NCBI GenBank assembly: GCA_040006895.1 | Contig: JBDTWB010000001.1 | Span: forward strand, 1,802-65,801 | Direction of reading: 5' to 3' | Length of the DNA stretch: 64,000 nucleotides | DNA from: Casimicrobiaceae bacterium | GTDB taxonomy: Bacteria; Pseudomonadota; Gammaproteobacteria; Burkholderiales; Casimicrobiaceae | Shown here: positions 54,702-63,778 of the stretch, piece after piece | How positions within the stretch are numbered: position 1 is the first letter of the stretch | How the letters are laid out: each line of letters starts with the position of its first letter | Position numbers and translations under genes: made by a program | The notes under the pieces: generated by a model | Seen by the model: only the letters and a program-made list of their open reading frames with translations | Databases searched by the model: none | Told to the model about the DNA's origin: nothing

Positions 54702-55652
54702 ATGTTGCCGACCAAGACGCTTGTCGTGCTCGCCCTGGCTTCCGTCGCGACCGCGGCGGCGGCGCAGGAAACGAAGGTCGCCATCGGCCTCTCGGGCTGG
54801 ACCGGTTTCGCGCCGCTGACCCTCGCCAAGGAAGCCGGGCTCTTCAAGAAGCACGGTCTCGACGTCACGCTGCGCAAGATTCCACAGAAGGACCGCCATC
54901 TCGCGATCGCCTCGGGTGACGTGCAGTGCGCGGCCACTACGGTCGAGACCTGGATCGCGTGGAACGCCAATGGCGTGGCGACCACCCAGATCTTCCAGCT
55001 CGACAAGAGCTACGGCGCGGACGGCATGGTGGTCAAGCCGAACATCGCCAAGATTGCCGACCTCAAGGGCAAAACCGTCGCCGCGAGCGCTCCCGGCACG
55101 GCGCCGTACTTCACCCTCTCCTGGTTCCTCGCCAAGAACGGCGTGTCGGTCAAGGACGTCAAGGTGGTCAACCTCGAGCCGCAGGCGGCCGCCAACGCCA
55201 TGATCGCCGGAACGAGCGACCTCGACGCAGCGATGACCTACGAACCCTATCTGTCGTCCGTGCGCGCCAAGCCCGAAGCCGGGAAGATCATCGCCACCAC
55301 CCTCGATTACCCGATGGTGATGGACACGGTCGGCTGCACGCCCAGGTTCCTGGCAGACAATCCCAAGGCGGCCAAGGCACTGGCCGATGCCTACTTCGAT
55401 GCCCTGGAGATGATCCGCAACGATCCGAAGAAGAGCTTCGAGATCATGGGCGCCGATGTGAAGCAGACCGGCGAGCAGTTCGAGGCCAGCCAGAAGTACC
55501 TGCGCTGGCAGGACAAGGCCGCGAACCAGAAGTTCTTTTCCGGCGAGCACGCGCAGTTCTCCAAGGAGGCGGCGCAGTTGCTGCTCGACACCGGCGTCAT
55601 CAAACAGATCCCCGACCTCTCGAAGCTTGCCGACACCCGTTTCATCCAGTAG
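54702..55652 (+). CDS. NitT/TauT-family ABC transporter substrate-binding protein
   Basis: Signal MLPTKTLVVLALASVATAAAAQ and an NMT1/TauA-like periplasmic domain. AAGGAG before the ATG at 54702; the ORF start at 54654 was trimmed. Confidence 0.85.
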   Translation: MLPTKTLVVLALASVATAAAAQETKVAIGLSGWTGFAPLTLAKEAGLFKKHGLDVTLRKIPQKDRHLAIASGDVQCAATTVETWIAWNANGVATTQIFQLDKSYGADGMVVKPNIAKIADLKGKTVAASAPGTAPYFTLSWFLAKNGVSVKDVKVVNLEPQAAANAMIAGTSDLDAAMTYEPYLSSVRAKPEAGKIIATTLDYPMVMDTVGCTPRFLADNPKAAKALADAYFDALEMIRNDPKKSFEIMGADVKQTGEQFEASQKYLRWQDKAANQKFFSGEHAQFSKEAAQLLLDTGVIKQIPDLSKLADTRFIQ

Positions 55653-55655
55653 CCG

Positions 55656-56429
55656 ATGCGGCCGCTGCAACCGGTCGCGCCGGGCGCGCGCATCGCGCTA
55701 GGCGTGGCGTTCTTCGTCGTGTTCGTGGCGGCGTGGGCGGCGGTCACGCTCGGTGGCTACGTCAGCAAGACCTTCCTCGCCGATCCCATCACCATGGTGC
55801 GGTCGGGCTGGACGCTGCTGACCGAAATGGGCTTCGGCTACGACATCGCGATGACCGTCTGGCGGGTGGTGGGCGGATTCCTCATCGCTACCGCGCTGGC
55901 GCTGCCCCTCGGCGTGGCAATGGGCACCTACAAGCCGGTCGAGGCCTTTTTCGAGCCCTTCGTCTCGTTCTCACGCTACCTGCCGGCTTCCGCCTTCATA
56001 CCGCTGCTGATCCTGTGGGCCGGCATCGGCGAGGCGCAGAAGCTCGCGGTCATCTTCATCGGCAGTTTCTTCCAGCTGACGCTGATGATCGCGGTGATCG
56101 TCGGCAACACCCGGCGGGACCTGGTCGAAGCTGCCTATACCCTGGGCGCATCCGATCGTTCCCTCATCCGGCGGGTGCTGCTGCCGGGCGCGGCCCCGGA
56201 GATCGCCGAGACGCTGCGCCTGGTGTTGGGATGGGCGTGGACTTACGTGATCGTCGCCGAGCTGATCGGCGCCTCGTCGGGCATCGGCCACATGATCACC
56301 GACAGCCAGGCGCTGCTCGCGACCGACCAGATCATCTTCGGCATCATCGTCATCGGTCTGATCGGCCTGGCGAGCGACCTCGCCTTCAAGCAGGGCAATC
56401 GCCGGCTCTTCCCCTGGTCGCAGATCTAG
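55656..56429 (+). CDS. NitT/TauT-family ABC transporter permease
   Basis: Six-TM BPD-type permease with an EAA-like loop (EAAYTLGASDRSLIRRVLLPGAAP). Confidence 0.88.
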   Translation: MRPLQPVAPGARIALGVAFFVVFVAAWAAVTLGGYVSKTFLADPITMVRSGWTLLTEMGFGYDIAMTVWRVVGGFLIATALALPLGVAMGTYKPVEAFFEPFVSFSRYLPASAFIPLLILWAGIGEAQKLAVIFIGSFFQLTLMIAVIVGNTRRDLVEAAYTLGASDRSLIRRVLLPGAAPEIAETLRLVLGWAWTYVIVAELIGASSGIGHMITDSQALLATDQIIFGIIVIGLIGLASDLAFKQGNRRLFPWSQI

Positions 56430-56434
56430 CGGTC

Positions 56435-57262
56435 ATGACGGATTCGATCCTGGCGATCCGTGGCGTGGCGCGCGCCTTTCCGTCGGTGCATGGCGGTCCC
56501 CCGACCCTCGCGCTGGAGGCGACCGACCTCACTGCGGCCGAGAACGACTTCATCACCATTCTCGGGCCTTCCGGTTGCGGCAAGAGCACGTTGCTGCGCA
56601 TCGTTGCCGGGCTCGACCATCCGACGTCCGGGGAGGTCCTGCTCGACGGCCGGCGCATCGAAGGTCCGGGCTCGGATCGGGGCATGGTGTTCCAGAGTTA
56701 CACGCTCTTTCCCTGGCTGGACGTGCTGGACAACGTCTGCTTCGGGCTGCGTGAGCGGGGTCTGCCCCGCAATCGCCAGGTCGAGGTTGCCCGGATGTTC
56801 ATCGACAAGGTGGGACTCACCGGTTTCGAGCGTCACTATCCGAAGCAGCTTTCCGGCGGCATGCAGCAGCGCACTGCGCTCGCCCGCGCGCTCGCGAACG
56901 ATCCGCGCATCCTGCTGATGGACGAGCCGTTCGGGGCACTCGATCACCAGACGCGCGAGCTGATGCAGGAACTCCTGCTCGGGATCTGGGAAGCGGAGCG
57001 CAAGACCGTGCTGTTCGTGACCCACGACATCGACGAGGCGGTATTCATCGGCTCCCGGGTGGTGGTCATGACCACGCGGCCGGGGCGCATCAAGGTCGAT
57101 CGCGCCGTGCCGTTGCCGCATCCGCGGCACTATGCGATGAAAACCTCGCCCGAGTTCACCCAACTCAAGGCCGAGCTCACCGACGAGGTGCGCACCGAGG
57201 TGCTGGCCGCGCAGCAAGCGATGGCGACCGCGGGCGCGCGCCGCGACCGCGCCACGAGTTAG
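56435..57262 (+). CDS. NitT/TauT-family ABC transporter ATP-binding protein
   Basis: [26 protein letters not shown], and LLMDEPFGALD. Start is the ATG at 56435 inside the long 54926-57262 ORF. Confidence 0.9.
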   Translation: MTDSILAIRGVARAFPSVHGGPPTLALEATDLTAAENDFITILGPSGCGKSTLLRIVAGLDHPTSGEVLLDGRRIEGPGSDRGMVFQSYTLFPWLDVLDNVCFGLRERGLPRNRQVEVARMFIDKVGLTGFERHYPKQLSGGMQQRTALARALANDPRILLMDEPFGALDHQTRELMQELLLGIWEAERKTVLFVTHDIDEAVFIGSRVVVMTTRPGRIKVDRAVPLPHPRHYAMKTSPEFTQLKAELTDEVRTEVLAAQQAMATAGARRDRATS

Positions 57263-57279
57263 CCGCGGCCGGCGTGGTG

Positions 57280-57339
57280 AGCGAGCGGCGCGTTTCAGCG
57301 AGCGGCGTGTTCAGCGAGCGGCGTGTTCAGCGAGCGGCG
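57280..57339. repeat. tandem repeat: four copies of an AGCGAGCGGCG core with 16-17 bp period
   Basis: Cores at 57280-57290, 57297-57307, 57313-57323 and 57329-57339. The last copy encodes the final codons (..AAR) and stop of the DHDPS-like gene on the minus strand. Confidence 0.9.
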
Positions 57340-58268
57340 AGCAGCCCGGCGTTGCGGGCCAGCTTCTCGATCTCGGCCCGCTCGTCGGCATCGACGCCGA
57401 GCTGCGGCGGTCGCACGGTCGCATGCGGGAAGATGCCTTGCAGCTTGAGCACTTCCTTCATGCGCGGCCGGTAGTCGCGGATCGGCGCCCGCCAGCAGTA
57501 GCGTGCGAGGGGTCCGAGCCGCTCCCAGATGGCGGCACCGCGTACGTAGTCGCGCTCCGCCGCGTGGCGCTGCATCGCCACGAGCTCGGCCGTCGCGGTG
57601 CCGGCGAAACCGATCAGGGCGCCGTCGCAGCCCATCACCATCGCCTCCCAGATGAACGTGTCGCTGCCGGTGAGAATGCCGAGCTTGCGCGGCAGGGTTT
57701 TGGCGGTGGCGATCGTCTCGATCGTCTTGGGCGTGTCGAACGACGCCTCCTTGAGCCCGATCACCTCGGGAATGGTCGCCAGTCGCGCCAACGTCTCGGG
57801 GGGGAAGTCGGGTCCGAATGCCTTGGGAAACTGAAAGGCAATCAGCGGCAGGCCGACGCCGTCGGCGATGGCCTTGTGATACTGGTAGATCATCTCGGCG
57901 GGAACCGGGTTGCCAAGGAAGGTGGGGAATGGCGGGAATACGGCCAATGCCTGTGCCCCGGCATCGCGCAGGGCGTTACCCCAGCGCACGGCGTCGCGCG
58001 TGGACCCGGCGATCAACCCCGATACCAGCGGGCAGGCGTCGCCGATCGCTTCGCGACATGCCTTGAGGATGTCGAGCTGCTCGTCCCGATCGAGGGCGGG
58101 GCCCTCGCTCGCATCCATGTTCATCGCGATGGCGGTCGGCCGTTGACCCGCGATCCAGGCGATGTAACGCGAGAGGGTGGGCCAGTCTACCGAGGTGTCG
58201 GGCAGCATCGGGAGGAACGGCGCGGCAACGATGCCTTGCAGGGTGAATCCGGTTTCGGGCCTGCTCAT
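57327..58268 (-). CDS. dihydrodipicolinate synthase / N-acetylneuraminate lyase family (class I aldolase-like) protein
   Basis: MSRPETGFTLQGIVAAPFLPM..., DHDPS-family length and pattern (..AMNMDASEGPAL..EQL..). GGAGGA SD before the ATG at 58268. Start trimmed from the 57327-58817 ORF. Confidence 0.82.
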   Translation of the reverse strand: MSRPETGFTLQGIVAAPFLPMLPDTSVDWPTLSRYIAWIAGQRPTAIAMNMDASEGPALDRDEQLDILKACREAIGDACPLVSGLIAGSTRDAVRWGNALRDAGAQALAVFPPFPTFLGNPVPAEMIYQYHKAIADGVGLPLIAFQFPKAFGPDFPPETLARLATIPEVIGLKEASFDTPKTIETIATAKTLPRKLGILTGSDTFIWEAMVMGCDGALIGFAGTATAELVAMQRHAAERDYVRGAAIWERLGPLARYCWRAPIRDYRPRMKEVLKLQGIFPHATVRPPQLGVDADERAEIEKLARNAGLLAAR

Positions 58269-59170
58269 GACAATGATCCTCCGTGCCCTTCGACCGTGGC
58301 GGCATGCGTGCCGGTGCCCCGCAGCACGCCGCGATCGAGAAAGATGCGGGTGATGACGTCCTCCGCCTCGATGAAGGCCGGTAATCGACGCGCGTCGAGT
58401 CCGCGCGGTCGCGCCAGGTCGATGCGCAGGGTCTTCTCGATTTTGCCGGGACGCGGGCTCATCACCAGGACCCGGTCGGCGAGGAGCACCGCCTCGTCGA
58501 TCGAATGGGTGATGAACACGACGGTCTTGCGGGTGGCGAGCCACAGCGACTCGAGGTCGAGCCGCATCTGCTCGCGGGTGAGTGCATCCAGCGCACCGAA
58601 GGGCTCGTCCATGAGCAGCAGCGGTGCATCGTGGATCAGCGCACGGGCAATGGCCACGCGCTGGCGCATGCCACCGGACAGTTCGTGGGGAAACCGATCG
58701 GCGAATTCGGCGAGGCCCACCTGGGCGAGCAAGGCCAGGGCACGCTCGCGATAGGTGCGCGGGTCGAGGCCCCGCAACTCCACCTGTACCAGCACGTTGT
58801 CGAGCGCGTTGCGCCATTGCAGCAGCACCGGGCTCTGGAATACCACGCCGACATCGGTTTGCGGCCGGGTGACGCGCACGCCGGCGACGCGCACTTCGCC
58901 GGCGCTCGCGGGTTGCAAGCCGGCGATCACCCGCAGCAGGGTGCTCTTGCCGCAGCCGGACGGGCCGACGATGGCGACGAACTCGCCGGGCGCGACGTCG
59001 AGGTCGATCGACTCGAGGGCGCGGGTGGCGGCGACGTTCCTGCCGGCGGTGTGCTGGTAGGTCTTGGTGACGCCGCGCAGTTCGACGTAGCCCGGCGGCA
59101 CCTTGGCGGGGCTCGCGGCGGCGTCCGGGTCGTCGACCCGTTGAGGTGCGGTCGCAAGGTCGTGCGGCAT
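58265..59170 (-). CDS. NitT/TauT-family ABC transporter ATP-binding protein
   Basis: [26 protein letters not shown], and LLMDEPFGALD. Its stop overlaps the downstream start by 4 nt. Confidence 0.9.
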   Translation of the reverse strand: MPHDLATAPQRVDDPDAAASPAKVPPGYVELRGVTKTYQHTAGRNVAATRALESIDLDVAPGEFVAIVGPSGCGKSTLLRVIAGLQPASAGEVRVAGVRVTRPQTDVGVVFQSPVLLQWRNALDNVLVQVELRGLDPRTYRERALALLAQVGLAEFADRFPHELSGGMRQRVAIARALIHDAPLLLMDEPFGALDALTREQMRLDLESLWLATRKTVVFITHSIDEAVLLADRVLVMSPRPGKIEKTLRIDLARPRGLDARRLPAFIEAEDVITRIFLDRGVLRGTGTHAATVEGHGGSLS

Positions 59171-59225
59171 CAGGCAGTCGCCCCCCGGCCGGCCATGTCG
59201 CCGCAGCGTGCCCTCCGTCTCGGCA

Positions 59226-60197
59226 TCACGGCAGAAAGTCGTTGGTGTGAAACGCCGTCCAGGACTTGTCGGTGGCAAGCTCCCGGTAGGTGCGCAGGAT
59301 GGTCAAGGTCTGGTCCCAGTCGGCCTGCGCACCCATTCCGATCTTGCCTTTGGAGTTCTTGGAATCGAGAAGGTCAAGGTCGACCATGAGCTGGTCGAGC
59401 GTGGATTGGCGGTTGAGGTCGGGCTTGGCCTTCATGGCGGCGTCGACTGCAGCACCCGGATTTTTCCTGGCTTCTTCCCACGACTTCACCGTGGCGCGCA
59501 CGAAACGCTTTACGAGGTCGGGATTCTTGCGCAGGGTCTCGCCGGAGGTGAGGATCGTCATGCCGACGATGTTGGCGCCCCAGTCGGCATAGCGCATGGC
59601 GGAGGGATTGCCGCCCTTGTACTTGATCAGGAAGAACTGGTCGTCGGCGCCGCCCAGCAGCGCGTCGGCCTTGCGTTCCAGCACGGTGACGACCTTGGCG
59701 GCAGGATCGACCTGGACCATGTTGATCTTGGCGCAGTCGACATTGTTGGCCTTGCACACCCCCTGCAGGAGATGACCCAGCGGGTCGCCGGCACTGACCG
59801 CGACCCTCTTGCCTTCGAGGTCCTTGGGAGTCTTGATGTTGGCATCGGTGAGCGACACCACCGAGAAGCCGGTGGTGTTGAGGAGCGACATCACGCTCTT
59901 CACATCCGCGCCCTTGGACGCCGTGAGGATCACCGACGACGAGTCGGCAAGGCCGAACGTATCCGAGCCGGCGGCCACCGCCTGCACGGTATTGCCCGAT
60001 CCGCGCCCCTCGTTGATGGTGAGGTCGATGCCTTCGGCGCTGTAGAAGCCGCGGTCCTTGCCATAGTAGAACGGCGCGTGCAGTCCGCCGAGATACCAGT
60101 TGAGTCGCAGGGATACCTTGTCCTGTGCCCACGCGGTCGTGCCGGATGCCAGCACGCACAGGGTGGCAAGCGTGCCGATCAATCGTGAAATGCTCAT
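59226..60197 (-). CDS. NMT1/THI5-like (NitT/TauT-family) ABC substrate-binding protein
   Basis: Signal MSISRLIGTLATLCVLASGTTAWAQ, then LRLNWYLGGLHAPFYYGKDRGFY, typical of the ThiY/NMT1-like fold. GGAGGA SD upstream. Confidence 0.85.
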   Translation of the reverse strand: MSISRLIGTLATLCVLASGTTAWAQDKVSLRLNWYLGGLHAPFYYGKDRGFYSAEGIDLTINEGRGSGNTVQAVAAGSDTFGLADSSSVILTASKGADVKSVMSLLNTTGFSVVSLTDANIKTPKDLEGKRVAVSAGDPLGHLLQGVCKANNVDCAKINMVQVDPAAKVVTVLERKADALLGGADDQFFLIKYKGGNPSAMRYADWGANIVGMTILTSGETLRKNPDLVKRFVRATVKSWEEARKNPGAAVDAAMKAKPDLNRQSTLDQLMVDLDLLDSKNSKGKIGMGAQADWDQTLTILRTYRELATDKSWTAFHTNDFLP

Positions 60198-60247
60198 GCT
60201 CTTTTCCTCCTGGACCGGTCGGTCCTCTGGTCGATCACCGTCGACGT

Positions 60248-61081
60248 CTAAAGCGTCGCGTCGTTTTGCTGCGCCTGCTGGTTGACATGCCAGGGGATCG
60301 CCAGGCGCTCGATCACCTCGACGGCGTAGTACACGATCACTCCGATCAACGACAGCAGCACGATGGTCGCGAAGACCATGGGTGTATCGAGCTGGCCGTT
60401 GTACTGCAACAGCAGGTACCCGAGCCCCTTGTCCGACGCCACGAACTCGGCGACGACCGCGGCGGTCGCCGCGAGTGCGGCACCGACCTTGAGTCCGGTG
60501 AAGATGTGCGGCAGCGCCTGGGGCAGCGCGATCTTCAGGAACAGGCGGACGCCTCCGGCACCCGTCGTACGCGCGAAGTCCATGATGTCGCGATCCGCAC
60601 TCTTGAAGCCGGCGATGCTCGATACCACGATCGGAAAGAACGAAAGCAGGAAAACGAGCAGCAGCTTCGGGGTGAAGCCGAAGCCGAACCAGATGATGAA
60701 CAGCGGCGCGATCGCGATCTTGGGCACGATCTGCAGGAATACGATCACGGGGTATACCGAATGCTCCATGAACCGGGAATAGGCGATGCTGAGCGCAAGC
60801 GGAACGCTGACCACCACGGCCAGCGCGTACCCGGCCAGGATTTCGCGCGTGGTGACCCACGCGCCCTGCATGACCACCTCGTGGCGGCGCGAGAACTCCT
60901 CCCAGACCCGCGACGGCGGCGGCAGGAGGTATTCCTTGATGCCGAAGAGATGGACCGCGAATTCCCAGAGGAGGAACAGCATCACGAAGATCAGCAGCGC
61001 ACCGACGCGCCGGCGCAGCCAGCCGGCGAGGGCGGCGCTCCGGCTGACGCGCGCCGCGGGAAGCGTTGCCGCGTCGCTCAT
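60248..61081 (-). CDS. NitT/TauT-family ABC transporter permease
   Basis: BPD-type permease with multiple TM segments and an EAA-like loop (DFARTTGAGGVRLFLKIALPQALP). Confidence 0.88.
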   Translation of the reverse strand: MSDAATLPAARVSRSAALAGWLRRRVGALLIFVMLFLLWEFAVHLFGIKEYLLPPPSRVWEEFSRRHEVVMQGAWVTTREILAGYALAVVVSVPLALSIAYSRFMEHSVYPVIVFLQIVPKIAIAPLFIIWFGFGFTPKLLLVFLLSFFPIVVSSIAGFKSADRDIMDFARTTGAGGVRLFLKIALPQALPHIFTGLKVGAALAATAAVVAEFVASDKGLGYLLLQYNGQLDTPMVFATIVLLSLIGVIVYYAVEVIERLAIPWHVNQQAQQNDATL

Positions 61082-61554
61082 GGCGCGGTGTGCCAGGGCG
61101 CAGGCGCTTCCGACAGCGCGAAGGTGCCGTACTCCGCCGGGATGTTGATCTCGATCACCTCGAGATCGTCGGAGCGCGCGATGACGTTATGAGCCACCCC
61201 CGCGGGCTGCGACAGCGCCCCGCCGGCCGTAAGGGTCACTTCCTCGGCGACATCCGCAAAACGGAAAGTGAGCGAGCCTTTCAGGACGTAGACGAAATGG
61301 CCGGTCATGTCGTGCCAGTGCCAGCCGGTGGGCGCCGGAAAGGGCCGGATCGCGCGAATATGCTTGGCGCCGATCGCGCCCGCAGTGGCCGCGGCAAGCC
61401 CGAGATCACGATACTCGACGTCGGCGCGCAGGCCTTCACGCTCGAAGTGCGCACGCGTGGCGGGCTGCGAGGCGAGCGCGCTCAACGCCTGGGCGAGTGC
61501 GAGCGGACCCGGGTAGCGCGGCGCTGCCGGTGCGGCGGATTCCTGATCGGCCAT
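61078..61554 (-). CDS. cupin-domain protein (158 aa)
   Basis: GWHWHDMTGHFVYVLKGSLTF...PAGVAHNV is a two-motif cupin signature. GAGGAGG SD upstream. Start trimmed from the 61078-61761 ORF. Confidence 0.72.
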   Translation of the reverse strand: MADQESAAPAAPRYPGPLALAQALSALASQPATRAHFEREGLRADVEYRDLGLAAATAGAIGAKHIRAIRPFPAPTGWHWHDMTGHFVYVLKGSLTFRFADVAEEVTLTAGGALSQPAGVAHNVIARSDDLEVIEINIPAEYGTFALSEAPAPWHTAP

Positions 61555-61634
61555 CTTGCTCCTCCTCGTGCCCTGTCCCGGGCCTTCATCCAATTGCCGT
61601 CCCATGGCGACGACTCGTCCTGCCATTCTGGCAC

Positions 61635-61666
61635 GCGTCGCCGGCATTGCGTATGCGTCGCCGGCA
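61635..61666. repeat. 12-bp perfect direct repeat with 20-bp period in the SDR-cupin intergenic gap
   Basis: GCGTCGCCGGCA occurs at 61635-61646 and again at 61655-61666. Confidence 0.85.
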
Positions 61667-61673
61667 ACGCCGA

Positions 61674-62453
61674 CTACATGGTGACGTTGACGGCGCCGCC
61701 GTCGATCAGCAGGTTGTGGCCGACGATGAAGCCGGCATGGGCGCTGCACAGGAATGCGCATGCCTTGCCGAATTCTTCCGGCGAACCGAACCGTCCGGCG
61801 GGCACCTCCGCACGTCGCGCCGCGGCGAATGCGTCGAAGTCCTGGCCCGCCTTGGCCGAGCGCTTGCGCAGGCCGTCGACCGTACGGGCGGTGTCGAATG
61901 GTCCTGGCAGCAGATTGTTGATGGTCACGTTGTGCCGCGCGACCTGGCGCGCGAGGCCCGCCACGAACCCGGTCAGACCGGTGCGCGCACCGTTGGAGAG
62001 GCCGAGGTCGGGCAACGGAGCCCGGACCGACCGCGACGTGATGTTGACGATGCGGCCGAAACGACGCTCGATCATGCCGTCGATGACGGCCCTGATCAGC
62101 ATGATCGGCGTGATCATGTTGTCATTGAGGGCCTTCTGCCACGTCGGTTCGTCCCAGTCGCGGAAATCGCCGAGGGGCGGGCCACCCGCGTTGTTCACCA
62201 GGATGTCGGGTGCCGGACACGCGGCCAGTACCTGCGCGCGTCCTTGGGGGGTGGTGATATCGCACGCGACCGCGGTCACCTGCACGCCCGTGGCGCGGCG
62301 AATCTCGTCGGCGGTGGCCTCGAGCGTGTCCCGTGAGCGTGCATTGAGCACGAGGTCCACGCCTTCGCTGGCCAGTGCCATTGCGCAGCCCTGGCCCAGT
62401 CCCTGGCTCGATGCGCAGACAATGGCCTTGCGATGGCGGATGGCGTAGTCCAT
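61674..62453 (-). CDS. short-chain dehydrogenase/reductase (SDR) family oxidoreductase
   Basis: VCASSQGLGQGCAMALA (TGxxxGxG-like), NNAG, and an S...(Y/N)xxxK-like region ITSRSV...NGARTGLTGF. 259 aa; start is the ATG at 62453. Confidence 0.85.
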   Translation of the reverse strand: MDYAIRHRKAIVCASSQGLGQGCAMALASEGVDLVLNARSRDTLEATADEIRRATGVQVTAVACDITTPQGRAQVLAACPAPDILVNNAGGPPLGDFRDWDEPTWQKALNDNMITPIMLIRAVIDGMIERRFGRIVNITSRSVRAPLPDLGLSNGARTGLTGFVAGLARQVARHNVTINNLLPGPFDTARTVDGLRKRSAKAGQDFDAFAAARRAEVPAGRFGSPEEFGKACAFLCSAHAGFIVGHNLLIDGGAVNVTM

Positions 62454-62494
62454 GGTGATCGAGGTCCCGGGTCTGTCAGTTCGTTGGCGGAAGG

Positions 62495-63778
62495 TCAGGC
62501 GGCGTGACGCTCTGGTCGCGCCGGACGCGAGGGCGGGGGCTTGTGGAACACGCCGTCCTTCATGATGGCGAGCAATCGCTCGCGCTGCTGGAGAATGTCG
62601 ATATCGACGAGCGGATCGCCGTCCACGAGCAACAGGTCGGCGAGCGCCCCCTCCCGTATCACGCCGAGCTCGCCCGGACGACCCATGAGCTCGCCGCCGA
62701 GACGCGTCGCGGCGACGATCGCCTCCATCGGCGAGAATCCCATCAGGTCGACGAAGAAGCGCAGGTCGCGCGCGTTGTTGCCGTGCGGATTCCAGGCGAA
62801 GCCATAGTCGCCTCCCGGCAGCACCCGCACGCCGCGCCGCTTGAGCTCGATCATGCGCTCGACCGTCATGTCGAGATCGCGCTCGACGCGTGAGCGCAGC
62901 GCGGGAGTCGACGGCAAGCCATGGCGCCCGGACTCGTGCAGGCGTGTCCAGGTGACCGACATCGCCGGGGCGACGAACACGCGGTCCTTGTGCGCCTCGA
63001 GCAGGTCGAGGGCCTCGGCATCGGCGCATGTCGCGTGGTATATCACGTCGACGCCGTGGCGCACGCACATCTTGACCGAGGCGGCGCTGCGCGCATGGGC
63101 GGCGACTTGCTTGCCGCGTTCCCTCGCGACCTCGCACACGGCAGCCACCTCGTCGTCGGACATGAGCGTCTGGGCCGACGGGATTGCGGGCGTGGATGTA
63201 TCGCCGGAAGGCACGATCTTGAGCACGTCCACGCCCTCGCGGCAGGCTTCGCGCGCGGCGCGGCGGAACTCCACCGGTCCGTCGCAGGGCAGCGTATACA
63301 TCGCCTCGCCCGGGTCGAGATGCAGCTGGCGGAGATCTCCGACACCGCCGGTGACGGTGAACTGCACGCTCGCGGCGAGCAGCCGGGGGCCGGGGAACCG
63401 GCCGCTGTCGATGGCATTGCGGGTGACGACGTCCAGCCGCGGCTTGGTCGCGGCCGCGGAGAAACACGACGTGAAGCCCGCGTCGAGATAGAGCCGCGCA
63501 TGCGCCAGCGTCAGCAGCAGGTGCTCTTCCACCGGCAACGAGGTTAGCGCATGCGGCGTCGCCTGGTCGACGAACGACAGGTGCGCGTGCGGCTCGACGA
63601 GCCCGGGCATGAGCGTGGCGCCCACGGCGTCGACCCTTACGGTGCCCTCGGGGACGCGCAACTCGCCGGGCCTGCCTACCGCGCTGATCCGATTGCCCGT
63701 GACGAGCACGTCGGCCAGCACCGGCGGTGCACCAAAGCCATCGATCACGGTCGCGCCGACGAACAGTGTCGCGGTCAT
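62495..63778 (-). CDS. metal-dependent amidohydrolase family protein
   Basis: PGLVEPHAHLSF (HxH), VLKIVPSGD, AAHARS, IYHAT, and C-terminal GALADLLLVDGDPL. These are typical of COG1228-type amidohydrolases. Confidence 0.88.
   Translation of the reverse strand: MTATLFVGATVIDGFGAPPVLADVLVTGNRISAVGRPGELRVPEGTVRVDAVGATLMPGLVEPHAHLSFVDQATPHALTSLPVEEHLLLTLAHARLYLDAGFTSCFSAAATKPRLDVVTRNAIDSGRFPGPRLLAASVQFTVTGGVGDLRQLHLDPGEAMYTLPCDGPVEFRRAAREACREGVDVLKIVPSGDTSTPAIPSAQTLMSDDEVAAVCEVARERGKQVAAHARSAASVKMCVRHGVDVIYHATCADAEALDLLEAHKDRVFVAPAMSVTWTRLHESGRHGLPSTPALRSRVERDLDMTVERMIELKRRGVRVLPGGDYGFAWNPHGNNARDLRFFVDLMGFSPMEAIVAATRLGGELMGRPGELGVIREGALADLLLVDGDPLVDIDILQQRERLLAIMKDGVFHKPPPSRPARPERHAA

Noticed and set aside
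57274-57474. ORF 57274-57474 plus (MVSERRVSASGVFSERRVQRAASS...).
   Set aside because: It is simply the translation of the tandem repeat plus the antisense strand of the DHDPS-like gene 3' end.
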